Source: an uncultured Atribacterota bacterium (GTDB taxonomy: Bacteria; Atribacterota; Phoenicimicrobiia; Phoenicimicrobiales; Stramentimicrobiaceae). Taken from it: DNA of 55,499 bases. Both the position numbers and the translations under genes were made by a program. Of the stretch, positions 11,001 through 19,851 are shown piece after piece (within the stretch, counting starts at the first letter, position 1; the number at the start of each line of letters is the position of its first letter). The notes beneath the pieces were generated by a model. It searched no databases, had not been told where the DNA came from, and worked only from the letters and a program-made list of their open reading frames with translations. The DNA is taken from the NCBI GenBank assembly GCA_964485485.1, contig CAZAJW010000328.1, positions 1 through 55,499 on the forward strand. The letters are read 5' to 3'.

Positions 11001-13056
11001 TAACATGTCAATTGCGGATGAACTTAATGTATATCTCTATCCTGAAAATTTACCCAGCAATATTGCCAACCCAAATGATTTAAAAATGTTAAAAAAGCAA
11101 TTTACTAAATCTGAAATATATATAGTAGCGGGGAGTGATGTTTTATTGAATGCTTCCGCCTATAATAATATAGAAGACCAGAATTCCATAATTCACTTTC
11201 CTCATATAGTATTTAGTCGAAAATCTTTTCACCTTAGCGAAAAACAGCAAAAAAAATATCATGAGATTATAAACAAGATTGAATCAGAGGTAATTCAATT
11301 GAACCTTCAAGCCCCTTTTGAGGAAATAAGTTCTAGCCAGATTAGAAAAAATATCGATAGCCATCGTAGTATTTCTGATTTGGTTGATCCCTTGGCTGAA
11401 CGTTATATCTATCAATTTGGCTTATATCAAAGAGAGCCACAATACAAATCAACACTACAAAAGGTGTATACCAAGGTAGAGGTACAGGAGAATATAAATA
11501 ATGGCCTTATTGAAAAATTAGTAAATGAAGTATTTCCCGAAAAAAATAGAAAGAAAGCACTGGAAAGTCTAAAAAAATTCAACAAGAAACTTAACCCACG
11601 AATTATCCTTTTTAAGGATACGCAAAATAATGAGAAAATATTGGGTTTTTCTGCCATTCACTGGGTTCGTTCCAGCTTGTTTTATCATGAGTTTAATGAT
11701 AATACTATTTCCCAGTATATAAGAGACAACGCAACCGGTCGCACAATTGTTATTGATGGAGTTTTTGTTGTTTCACCTGATGAAAATACCTCCCGCTTTA
11801 GAGATTTAAGTCAGATTGTTTTAACAGAAGCTCTTACTTTTTGTGTAAAAAGAGACTATGATTATGCCGTTTTCAAAAATATGATTCCAGAAAACAATTC
11901 TCCGGAACTAATAGAAACATTAGAGCTTTTTGGATTTTCAGAATTACCGGTTAGTAAAAGTACTGATCCTATTCTGGCTGTAGATATTCGAAAACCCTGT
12001 ACAATAAGTTTAGATATAGAGACACTTATAAAAGCACCATTTGTGCAAAGCTATAGAGTTATTGAAGCAATAAAAATGGCTCGTAAAAAATTGCAAAGGG
12101 CTATTACACGTTTATACCCTGGTCATCTTCTTATTCCTTTTAATATTGATATAATTAACCAATCTATTGTTGCCAAGGTCTGTCAGGAAAATGGTGTATC
12201 AAGTGAACCGGAAAGTGCCAAAAATTTAGGACCGTTAATGTGTGTGCCCTTTGGCAAGATATTACACAAGATGGTCGTACCTAATACCGTGACTAAGTCG
12301 TTGCATACTGACAAAATCTTTACACCGGATATGCAACATTTCAAAATCGATTCATTTGGTTATTACATGAGCCTGGAGAATCAAGTAAAAATGATTAGGT
12401 CTTTTAATCGGCCAGTTTTGTTGATTGATGATCTTCTCCATAAGGGATATCGTCTCAGAGCTTTGAGTCCTTTGCTCAGAAAAGAAAATATTAAAGTACA
12501 TAAGATTATTGTTGGTTTAATATCAGGGAGAGGAAAAGAATTAGCTATGATTCAAAAACGTTCTGCAGATGGTGCTTATTTTATTCCAAACCTGCGAGTA
12601 TGGTTTAATGAAAGTGATTTATATCCTTTTATTGGAGGAGACGGATTATTCCGGCAAGAATCTGAACAAGGCAACCTGGTTCGTTCAATTAATATGATTT
12701 TACCTTTTGCCTATCCTGTTTTTCTAAAAGGTGTTGACCATAAAATAACTTACTATTTATCCAAAACATGTATCGAGAATGCAATCCATATTATAAAAGC
12801 ACTAGAGAGAGAATACCAGGCAATTTATCATAGAAAATTAACTTTGGGCAATCTAGGTGAAGTTTGCCTGTATCCTCGTTACCCTGATCACGGAAAATAT
12901 ATAAATTATAATATGTCAATGGCAACTTCGATTTACTTAGAAAATGATCTGGAATTATTGCATAGAATCTGGGAAAGAGGGACAAAGTCCAGTTCCGGAA
13001 ATTTACTGCTTTACCCGCATTCCCGGGAATTTAATTTAGGGAAGGAGGTAATATGA
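8041..13056 (+). CDS. Giant multidomain protein: HD phosphohydrolase + HEAT-like repeats + NadD-like nucleotidyltransferase + GNAT-like region + PRTase-like C-terminus
   Basis: HD region is HICGVH...GHDVGKYG...YSDFR (about nt 8620-8940). HEAT-like segments include IRRRSAKLIGYLI, IRNYAGRSLIKVI and LVKRVTSRVIGKEI. The nucleotidyltransferase region has FPGSFDPFSLSHKEI and ISSSQIRKNI (about nt 10840-11430). The PRPP-loop-like motif is RPVLLIDDLLHKGYR (about nt 12410-12450). The start could be ATG 8041 or ATG 8053. Confidence 0.75.
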   Translation: MRKSMVVQNQEFDIRVITDKLFQELTRIDVLQRYQLDVGDIKAIERNSTFKNSLSVMVNKRKFTAAQTMELYLDRFQSNDKSVSKEQWLKQIYNFCQYLSFPDTRPELKDLPLSKKKLFFMFLLTYRQIIALKQQYGETDPFLQQYPLSFLSSKEIGLLEQPEEYRRFLNAFDTLFVYEMMALSKEIYQYTTLDHICGVHALALSIARQVQKQGFSLDLGIVSGSAAGHDVGKYGCRGSEQKRVPYLHYYYTDIWFQQQNIPYIGHIAVNHSVWDLELENLSLEALILIYSDFRVKNKLNSNEMSIYSLQKSFRVILNKLDNVDENKEKRYRKVFAKLKNFEDFLIEKGVNVDLILSPEKKYHPQSKKQLFFALLHGDEVIQQIKYLSLEHSFVLMFQLRNESSINSILESARSEGDWQNLQEYLRIFAEYASYLNQNEKILTLKYLYEQLIFPEEGIRRRSAKLIGYLIATFDEKYRKEIPVDVFIEPSKVKSADLLEKYIQLFIEPTHKTSELNQCRVRENLPFIFDALFKNSQGRQIEQYLQIIKNYYRKYNYDNVPKIIAIYLLQALKSVSILPKQDIDPVFANFLIRFIQHDEETLRITALDVTEDVLNKIPEKDPFKESCKLILNKIVECSLIPAENYLRYEISKKIKARNILINRLQKYCLQDVEKIDRMYLNNLKSSTDAIIKKVQIDMLTERAKSNHKEAVYTALHFCNILKVSSHESIRNYAGRSLIKVIPYLNVEQKNDISIELLKALEIDDYQYTKYIPYYLGQSIPFLPPREIDEFIDDLEQKIKIADQWTCTLLIRTLAVAISRYAAYRARYKEDQIIFKKRLARMLGILMNGLAHHDPLVKRVTSRVIGKEIFASSHLTLREKENIFRLIAKKLLNLTTPISQHDTLLFFSNSVALHQLYVFISDYYFYEGEIKLQVPESIAFFPGSFDPFSLSHKEIVREIEKMGMEVYLSVDEFSWSKRTQPHLYRKNLINMSIADELNVYLYPENLPSNIANPNDLKMLKKQFTKSEIYIVAGSDVLLNASAYNNIEDQNSIIHFPHIVFSRKSFHLSEKQQKKYHEIINKIESEVIQLNLQAPFEEISSSQIRKNIDSHRSISDLVDPLAERYIYQFGLYQREPQYKSTLQKVYTKVEVQENINNGLIEKLVNEVFPEKNRKKALESLKKFNKKLNPRIILFKDTQNNEKILGFSAIHWVRSSLFYHEFNDNTISQYIRDNATGRTIVIDGVFVVSPDENTSRFRDLSQIVLTEALTFCVKRDYDYAVFKNMIPENNSPELIETLELFGFSELPVSKSTDPILAVDIRKPCTISLDIETLIKAPFVQSYRVIEAIKMARKKLQRAITRLYPGHLLIPFNIDIINQSIVAKVCQENGVSSEPESAKNLGPLMCVPFGKILHKMVVPNTVTKSLHTDKIFTPDMQHFKIDSFGYYMSLENQVKMIRSFNRPVLLIDDLLHKGYRLRALSPLLRKENIKVHKIIVGLISGRGKELAMIQKRSADGAYFIPNLRVWFNESDLYPFIGGDGLFRQESEQGNLVRSINMILPFAYPVFLKGVDHKITYYLSKTCIENAIHIIKALEREYQAIYHRKLTLGNLGEVCLYPRYPDHGKYINYNMSMATSIYLENDLELLHRIWERGTKSSSGNLLLYPHSREFNLGKEVI

Positions 13057-14330
13057 TATATTTTTACCGTTTACATAAAAATATAATATTTTCAAGTCAG
13101 AAAATTGATGATTTACAGGAGATTAGCCCAGAGAGCATATCGTTTAATGATAATAAATATATTTATTATCTGCAATATGGAAATTGGCGAAGAGATAACT
13201 CTCTTGTTACCCTTATTCACCCAGATCAAATAACAGATAAAAAGAAAGAAATCAACATTCTCCAAAAACCTGATAAAACAAGTAAAGATTTTAACATTTT
13301 CCCTGATTGGATTAAAGACAAAATCAATAGGAGAGAAGTCGGACTATGTTATAAAAGCTATCCCCGTTGGAAAGATAGATTGGAATGGGTGCAACCGAAA
13401 CAGTGGAGAATTAATTTAATTGGTTTAGGAAATGTCGGAGGTACCCTGTTAACTGGTTTACGACTATTAGGAGGAGAAAAAATTGAGAGGATAGGTATTT
13501 TTGATACTAACGAGAAAGCTGTTTCAAGATGGGAGCAGGAAGTGAATCAAATTATCGATGGTTCAAACCAGAGAAGATTACCTCCTGTTAGATCAATTCA
13601 ACCTGATACAATATTTCAAGCGGATATGGTAGTATTTTGCATATCTATTGGAGTTCCTGCACCAGAAAAAAATGAGGTTAGAGATGTAAGGATGATGCAA
13701 CTGGAAGCTAACTCCAGAATTATTAATTACTATGCTAAACGGGCTAGGAAAGTAAGCTTTAACGGTATTTTTTCCGTCGTTTCAGATCCTATAGATTTAT
13801 TATGCCAGAGCGCATTTTTAGCAAGCAACTACAATGAAGAAGGTGAATTAGACGGCAAAGGTCTCAGTGCTGATCAGATTAGAGGATTTGGTTTGGGCGT
13901 AATGCATGGTAGGGCAGCTTATTTTGCAATGAAAGATAGGGATACAGAAGTCTATCTTAAAAAAGGTCGAGTTTTTGGACCTCATGGAAAAGGATTGCTA
14001 GTTGCTAACGATGTAGAAAATTATAATCAGGAACAATCCAATTTTTTAACAGAAAAGGTTTTACATGCTAACCTTGAACTTAGGAAAATAGGTTATAAAC
14101 CATATATAGCTCCGGCATTATCTTCAGGCACGCTTTCGTTATTGGCCTTAATCAATGGTAAATGGCATTATAGCGCTGGTTTTTTAGGGGGGATCTTTTG
14201 GGGTTCCAGAAACCGACAAACACCTCTAGGAATAGAATGGGAACAATACAAGTTTCCTCAAAAATTATTTCAAAAACTGGAAAAAAGTTATCAAGCACTA
14301 AAAAAACAGGCAAAAAAATTGGAGAAATAA
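13053..14330 (+). CDS. Lactate/malate dehydrogenase-family NAD-dependent dehydrogenase with ~115-aa N-terminal extension
   Basis: Rossmann motif INLIGLGNVGGT, SDPIDLL (the NPVD-like position) and the GLGVMHGRA His region. Its ATG overlaps the upstream stop (ATGA), and RBS GAAGGAGG is present. Confidence 0.7.
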   Translation: MIYFYRLHKNIIFSSQKIDDLQEISPESISFNDNKYIYYLQYGNWRRDNSLVTLIHPDQITDKKKEINILQKPDKTSKDFNIFPDWIKDKINRREVGLCYKSYPRWKDRLEWVQPKQWRINLIGLGNVGGTLLTGLRLLGGEKIERIGIFDTNEKAVSRWEQEVNQIIDGSNQRRLPPVRSIQPDTIFQADMVVFCISIGVPAPEKNEVRDVRMMQLEANSRIINYYAKRARKVSFNGIFSVVSDPIDLLCQSAFLASNYNEEGELDGKGLSADQIRGFGLGVMHGRAAYFAMKDRDTEVYLKKGRVFGPHGKGLLVANDVENYNQEQSNFLTEKVLHANLELRKIGYKPYIAPALSSGTLSLLALINGKWHYSAGFLGGIFWGSRNRQTPLGIEWEQYKFPQKLFQKLEKSYQALKKQAKKLEK

Positions 14331-15389
14331 ATGAATTCAGATTTAATTGTTTTATTACCTGGGAAGGTATCCTCAAGATTCGAGGACTTTATACGAGAAG
14401 CAGTCAAGGGCTACCCAAGTCAAATCATTACCAGCATAAACGATGCTCCTTCTTTACAAGAGAAGAAAATATTATGGGCAGTTGAACTAAATGAATATGG
14501 TTTTAACCTTTCACTGGAAGAAATGTTGCAATCAATTTGCCAAAGGGGCAGAGACTCATTAAAAAATGCACATGGGGCGATAATTATACAAAGTCCAGTT
14601 GAATTATGGACTAAATGTTCTGCTAATCGCATTATTTTTCAGACCAACCAGCTGGGATGCCGTTATATGGGTCATTCTGTAGTAGAGGCAACTAAGGATC
14701 TGGTAAATTTTATGACCTGGCAAAAACAGATAAATATACCTTTAACTGAAATCTATCAAAGAAATAGCCGTAATTTAGTTTCTCGATTGGTGAAAAGCAA
14801 TAAAATAATTATTGAAAAGCCGTCTATATTGGTACTATATTCTAATCCCAGAAAAACTTCTAATACCATGATGCTCTGGCAGATGGTAAAAAAGGATATT
14901 CCTTCTAATCGGAATTTAATGGAAAAACATGTAGAAAACGGGACTATTGTCGATTGTAGAGGCTGTCTGTATAAGACTTGTAAGCACTACAGTGAGAGGA
15001 AAAGCTGTTTTTATGGAGGCATTGTTGTCCAGGAAATCTTACCTGCTATTGAAAAGGCAGATTATTTAATATGGCTTTGTCCAAATTACAATGATGCAGT
15101 TTCTGCCAAATTAATGGCAGTCATTAACCGATTAACTGTACTTTATAAACGAGTGAATTTTTATAAGAAAACATTTTTTTCAATTATTGTATCCGGAAAT
15201 TCAGGAAGTGAAAATGTTGCCATGCAGCTCATTGGGGCCTTAAATGTAAATAAAGGTTTTCACCTTCCCCCATATTTTAGTTTGATGGCAATTGCTAATG
15301 ATCCGGGAACAGTTGAAAAAATTTCTGATATTCAAGAGAAAGCCGAAAATTTTGCTCAGAATATTTGTAAAGAGACGGGCATTAAATAA
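14331..15389 (+). CDS. Iron-sulfur flavoprotein-like NADPH-dependent FMN reductase/flavodoxin-fold protein with extra N-terminal domain
   Basis: ILVLYSNPRKTSNT is a flavodoxin-like phosphate loop. The compact Cys cluster CRGCLYKTCKHYSERKSC is Isf-like. The start directly abuts the upstream stop (TAAATG). Confidence 0.62.
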   Translation: MNSDLIVLLPGKVSSRFEDFIREAVKGYPSQIITSINDAPSLQEKKILWAVELNEYGFNLSLEEMLQSICQRGRDSLKNAHGAIIIQSPVELWTKCSANRIIFQTNQLGCRYMGHSVVEATKDLVNFMTWQKQINIPLTEIYQRNSRNLVSRLVKSNKIIIEKPSILVLYSNPRKTSNTMMLWQMVKKDIPSNRNLMEKHVENGTIVDCRGCLYKTCKHYSERKSCFYGGIVVQEILPAIEKADYLIWLCPNYNDAVSAKLMAVINRLTVLYKRVNFYKKTFFSIIVSGNSGSENVAMQLIGALNVNKGFHLPPYFSLMAIANDPGTVEKISDIQEKAENFAQNICKETGIK

Positions 15390-15443
15390 ATTGGTTTTAC
15401 CATGTGAAATTATAGAGATATATTTTTTCTAGAGGAGGGAAAA

Positions 15444-15896
15444 TTGAATATAAATAAGCAAGAGGATGTAGAAAAATTTTGGAAAGAAAAAGAACAGGAA
15501 ATTGGCGAGAAAGTTAAGGGAAAAGATATGAGCGAGTATATTAGTGGACACCAGGAGTTAAAGGAAAAAAGCTGGGGCCTTCTTTACTATACCGAAAGTG
15601 CGTTCTATTTTCAAACATTTCCCAGAAGAAATTGGTTAACCTCTTTAATAGGAGGGGGGAAGACAGAAAAGACCGGAGATACAATAATTTTACGTATATT
15701 GTGGGAGAAGGTAAGAGAAATAATTCTTCCGGCAAAAAAAAATACATTTTTTGCTTTTCTTTCTCCTCCTGACCATCGTATTTTTATCAAATACCAGATC
15801 GATGGTAAAGAGAATACATTGGTATTTGTGATGTATTCGAAGGATAGCAGGGACAAGTTTTTGGATTGTTACCACCAATCTAAAAAAAGAGGGTAG
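15444..15896 (+). CDS. Hypothetical protein
   Basis: 150-aa ORF with a TTG start preceded by GAGGAGGG. No motif recognised. Confidence 0.5.
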   Translation: MNINKQEDVEKFWKEKEQEIGEKVKGKDMSEYISGHQELKEKSWGLLYYTESAFYFQTFPRRNWLTSLIGGGKTEKTGDTIILRILWEKVREIILPAKKNTFFAFLSPPDHRIFIKYQIDGKENTLVFVMYSKDSRDKFLDCYHQSKKRG

Positions 15897-15937
15897 TTAT
15901 ATTTATCAAAAAGCAGGGGAATTAACAATTAATATTT

Positions 15938-16579
15938 ATGGATATTATTAGTTATCATCAGACTATAAATAGTTCTATACAAATAAAAAATACAATAAAG
16001 AAAAGTCGTTTTATTGCATCTGTACAAGAAATAAGCAATGAATATGAAGCCAGGATATTTCTAAAATCAATTGCAGAACAGTTTCCTGATGCCAGTCATC
16101 ATTGTTGGGCATATCAATTTGGAGTTGGTGGCCAAATGATATCTCAATATTCAGATGGAGGTGAGCCTGCTAACTCAGCAGGGCCTCCTATATTACAGGC
16201 TATCAAACGAGAAAAAATAACCAATGTAATGGTAGTTATCAGTCGTTATTTTGGAGGCATAAAATTAGGGATTAGCGGTCTTATTCGAGCTTATCGGGAT
16301 ACTGCTTTAAAAGGTTTACAGGCAGCAGGTAAGATTAAAAAATTCCCGCTACGAAAATATATTATTGAAAATGTAGAATATCAGATATTGGGAAGCATCC
16401 TGCAATCAATAGAGAGTCAGGATGGTGTCATTGATGATATACAATATGGAGAGAAAATAAAAATCAAAGTGTATCTTCCTGATAAACTTCGGGAATGGAT
16501 TACTCAAACGGTTAAAAATATTACTAAGGGAGAAGCTCATATCCGATTTGGTGAAATACGTTGGTATCGTGTAAAATAG
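15938..16579 (+). CDS. YigZ/IMPACT family (UPF0029) protein
   Basis: Conserved ASHHCWAY and GEPxxSAG motifs. 213 aa. Confidence 0.8.
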   Translation: MDIISYHQTINSSIQIKNTIKKSRFIASVQEISNEYEARIFLKSIAEQFPDASHHCWAYQFGVGGQMISQYSDGGEPANSAGPPILQAIKREKITNVMVVISRYFGGIKLGISGLIRAYRDTALKGLQAAGKIKKFPLRKYIIENVEYQILGSILQSIESQDGVIDDIQYGEKIKIKVYLPDKLREWITQTVKNITKGEAHIRFGEIRWYRVK

Positions 16580-16702
16580 TACTGAAGAAGAATATTTAAT
16601 TATACAGACAAACATGAAATAAATAATACAAATTAATACCTGAAAAAGGAAAGCCATTAAAAACTGTTTTTGATATTTTTTAATATAGGAAAGGAAAACT
16701 TA

Positions 16703-17203
16703 ATGAAAACACTTATTGTTTATTATTCCCGTTCTGGAAGAACACGCAAGATAGCAAAACAGATAGGAGTTAAGCTTAAGGCAGATTTGGATGAAATTCA
16801 AGACAATAAAAATAGAGCTGGTATATTTGGATTCATAACTAGTGGCAATGAAGCTTATCTAAGGAGAGCTGCTCCTATTAATAAATTAAATAGAGATCCT
16901 GCTCAATATGATACTGTAATTATAGGAACTCCTATTTGGGCCAATAATATATCAACACCTATCCGAAGTTTTTTTAAAGAATATCAGGAAAAATTAAAAA
17001 ATGTTGCCTTTTTCTGTACCAGTATAGGCTCTAACCCAAAACCTGTTTTCTTGGCTATGGAAAAGATGGCAACACAGAAACCAATAACTGTTATGAATAT
17101 TACTGCTCGTGATATTAGAAGACAGTTTTATAATGAGTTGGTCGATGAATTTGTTAAGAAAATTAAACACTCGCAAACAGAGTCAAGGAAACATGATAAA
17201 TAA
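16703..17203 (+). CDS. Flavodoxin-family protein
   Basis: MKTLIVYYSRSGRTRKIA flavodoxin-like N-terminus. I moved the start to ATG 16703 because it is preceded by AGGAAAGG; the track ORF starts at 16670. Confidence 0.72.
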   Translation: MKTLIVYYSRSGRTRKIAKQIGVKLKADLDEIQDNKNRAGIFGFITSGNEAYLRRAAPINKLNRDPAQYDTVIIGTPIWANNISTPIRSFFKEYQEKLKNVAFFCTSIGSNPKPVFLAMEKMATQKPITVMNITARDIRRQFYNELVDEFVKKIKHSQTESRKHDK

Positions 17204-17582
17204 AAAGCAATTTGAAGAATTGGTAGTTCAGGCTATTAGCGAATTGCCTGAATATTTCAGAGAGAAAATGGAAAATGTCACCATTCATATCGAAGAAATT
17301 CCTAGCGAAGGTATATTGAAAGACCTTGGTCATAAATCACCCTATTCCCTATTAGGACTTTATCAAGGAGTACCTGTAACTCGTCGTGGAATACATTATC
17401 GCAATGTAATGCCTGACCGAATTACCATTTTTCGAAAACCAATTCTAAATAAAAACAAAAATCCTCAAGCAATCAAAGATGACATAAAACGAGTTGTTTT
17501 ACATGAAATAGGCCATTACTTTGGGCTTAGTGAACATGAATTATATGTTATCGAGAGGGAACATTTTTACAAGTCTAGATGA
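17193..17582 (+). CDS. Zinicin-like metallopeptidase family protein (DUF1025-like)
   Basis: HEIGHYFG zinc motif near the C-terminus. I chose ATG 17193 (RBS AAGGAAAC), which overlaps the upstream stop; the track ORF starts at 17109. Confidence 0.68.
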   Translation: MINKKQFEELVVQAISELPEYFREKMENVTIHIEEIPSEGILKDLGHKSPYSLLGLYQGVPVTRRGIHYRNVMPDRITIFRKPILNKNKNPQAIKDDIKRVVLHEIGHYFGLSEHELYVIEREHFYKSR

Positions 17583-17652
17583 AAATGTTAAGGAAATAAA
17601 TTTATAATCTTTGGTTGTTAGGTTAATTGCAATGTATTTAATTTTTTAAGAA

Positions 17653-18228
17653 TTACTTTTTAAATATTCTACTGCCAGGCTTTACTAGCTTTATGCCTTG
17701 TTTACACATAGGACAATCTTTTTCGTTGTAAATCTTAATATTTAACTTGATACCACAGAAAATAGGTAATCCGATATCCATATTCATTGGTTTTCTATCT
17801 ACTATGCAGGCAACCCCGAGAACATTAGCCCCCATTTCTTCCATTAGATTTCTTACTTCTAAGGTAGATCTGCCGGTAGTAATGACGTCTTCGCTAATTA
17901 AAACATTGGTACCCTTTTTTATGGAAAAGCCTCGTCTTAGTGTAACTTGACCGTTTATTCTTTCAGTAAAAATTGATTCAAGATTAAGCTGTCTACCCAT
18001 TTCATAAGAAGTTATAATCCCACCCATTGCCGGGCCAACTATGATATTTATTTCTAGATCTCTTACTTTGTCACATAGTATTTTTATTATCTGTTCAGCA
18101 TACCAGGGGAATCTTAGTACTTTGGCGCATTGTATATACTGATTAGAGTGTTGTCCGGAAGAGAGTAGAAAGTGTCCTTCTATTAGTGCTCCTGTTTCTT
18201 CTAATATCTTTAAAATTGTTGTATTCAT
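17653..18228 (-). CDS. pyrE: Orotate phosphoribosyltransferase
   Basis: PRPP loop VLISEDVITTGRS, 191 aa, last gene of the pyr cluster. Confidence 0.9.
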   Translation of the reverse strand: MNTTILKILEETGALIEGHFLLSSGQHSNQYIQCAKVLRFPWYAEQIIKILCDKVRDLEINIIVGPAMGGIITSYEMGRQLNLESIFTERINGQVTLRRGFSIKKGTNVLISEDVITTGRSTLEVRNLMEEMGANVLGVACIVDRKPMNMDIGLPIFCGIKLNIKIYNEKDCPMCKQGIKLVKPGSRIFKK

Positions 18229-18241
18229 AGATATTCTCCTT

Positions 18242-19150
18242 TTAATCTACAATGCCGATTATCTCTGAGATATTTGAGATATCATTGCTTATAAGGTAAT
18301 TTTTTAAATCTTTAATTATAATTTCTCCCACTTTCGGATTAATGAAGTTTGCTGTTCCGATTTGCACTGCCCGGGCACCAGCCATTAAAAATTCCAAAAC
18401 GTCCTGATAATCAACTATCCCTCCGATGCCCATTACTGGTATTTTAACCTGTTTGGCCACTTCGTGAACCATTCTAAGAGCAATTGGCTTAATGCATGGT
18501 CCAGATAAACCGGCATAGGTATTTTCAAAAATTTTCTTTTTTTCATTTATATCAATAGCAAAGGCTTTAAAAGTGTTAATTAGTGATATTGCATCTGCTC
18601 CTTCTTCTTCACAAATTCTGGCTATTCTAATAATATCATCAGCATCAGGGCTTAGTTTTACCATAAGAGGAACTTTAACTACTTTTCTAACCTCTTTAAC
18701 TACTTCTCTGGTAGTTGTTTCTTTGATGCCGAAAGGAATGTTATTTTCTTGTACATTTGGGCAGGAGATGTTAAGTTCAATCATATCTACTTTTTCCCTG
18801 GAGATTATCTGACAGGCTTTAACGTAATCTCCCAGGTTTGTCCCACTAATATTTATAATATGAGCCAGATCTAGTGATTGCATAAAGGGAAGTTCATTTT
18901 CTATAAAAGTTTGGATACCTGGATTTTCCAGTCCTACGCTATTCATCATTCCTGAAGGGGTTTCCCATATTCGTATTCCTTGATTTCCGCCTCTGGGATT
19001 TAGAGTCAAACCTTTACTGGCAATCCCGCCCAATTTTTCAATATCATATATTTCAGCATATTCCCGTCCAAAGCCAAAAGTTCCCGATGCCATTATAATT
19101 GGATTTTTTAAATTAATTTCTAAAAATTTTATATCCAATAAGCCATTCAT
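18242..19150 (-). CDS. pyrD: Dihydroorotate dehydrogenase 1B, catalytic subunit
   Basis: Class 1 DHOD motifs (ASGTFGFG, NxSCPN, GIGGI). Adjacent to pyrK. Confidence 0.9.
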   Translation of the reverse strand: MNGLLDIKFLEINLKNPIIMASGTFGFGREYAEIYDIEKLGGIASKGLTLNPRGGNQGIRIWETPSGMMNSVGLENPGIQTFIENELPFMQSLDLAHIINISGTNLGDYVKACQIISREKVDMIELNISCPNVQENNIPFGIKETTTREVVKEVRKVVKVPLMVKLSPDADDIIRIARICEEEGADAISLINTFKAFAIDINEKKKIFENTYAGLSGPCIKPIALRMVHEVAKQVKIPVMGIGGIVDYQDVLEFLMAGARAVQIGTANFINPKVGEIIIKDLKNYLISNDISNISEIIGIVD

Positions 19151-19851
19151 TAAAAAATGTCCTTTCCTCTAAAGACAGGTCCGTCTTTACAAACCCGTTT
19201 ATTACCCTTTTTTGTTTGACATGTGCAGACAAGACAGGCTCCAACCCCGCAAGCCATTCTTTTTTCCAAAGACACATAATGATCGATATTGAGTTTTCTT
19301 GCCTGTTTTTCGATTTTCTTCATCATTATCTCCGGTCCGCAACTGAAAATAGTGTTGTATTTTTCATATGGAATATAATCAGTGATAAAACCACCATAAT
19401 TCACCCGCAAGAGATCTGCATAATTATTAAAAGAGGCTTCAAATTCATTTTTTTCTGGTAATCCTAAAAAAACATGGATGGTATTATTTCTGCAGTATTT
19501 TTTTAATTGTTTTGAAACATAGAACAGGGGAGCAATTCCAGTTCCTCCACCTACCAGGGCAATGTCTCCCTTTACTTCCATCGGGAAATTATTGCCATAA
19601 GGACCATAAATACTAATTTCATCATCTTTTTTGCAATCAGCCAAAACAGTAGTTCCTTTGCCGATTTTCTTATATAAGAAAATAATTCCATCATTTTCTA
19701 AATCATAAACGCTCATCGGGCGATTTAAAAACATAAATTGACTGTCTTTTCTAATCATAAAGAATTGTCCCATTTTGGCTTCATATTTTCCAGAAATTTT
19801 TAACAGATAAAAATTATTTTTTAAGGGCTTATTGTATTTGATTAGAGCCAT
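19150..19851 (-). CDS. pyrK: Dihydroorotate dehydrogenase electron-transfer subunit
   Basis: FAD/NAD-binding fold with the C-terminal 2Fe-2S motif CGVGACLVCTC. Confidence 0.85.
   Translation of the reverse strand: MALIKYNKPLKNNFYLLKISGKYEAKMGQFFMIRKDSQFMFLNRPMSVYDLENDGIIFLYKKIGKGTTVLADCKKDDEISIYGPYGNNFPMEVKGDIALVGGGTGIAPLFYVSKQLKKYCRNNTIHVFLGLPEKNEFEASFNNYADLLRVNYGGFITDYIPYEKYNTIFSCGPEIMMKKIEKQARKLNIDHYVSLEKRMACGVGACLVCTCQTKKGNKRVCKDGPVFRGKDIF

Noticed and set aside
14198-14485. 95-aa plus-strand ORF spanning the junction of the dehydrogenase and flavoprotein genes
   Set aside because: It is out of frame with two well-supported, translationally coupled genes and is Lys/Ser-rich with no motif.
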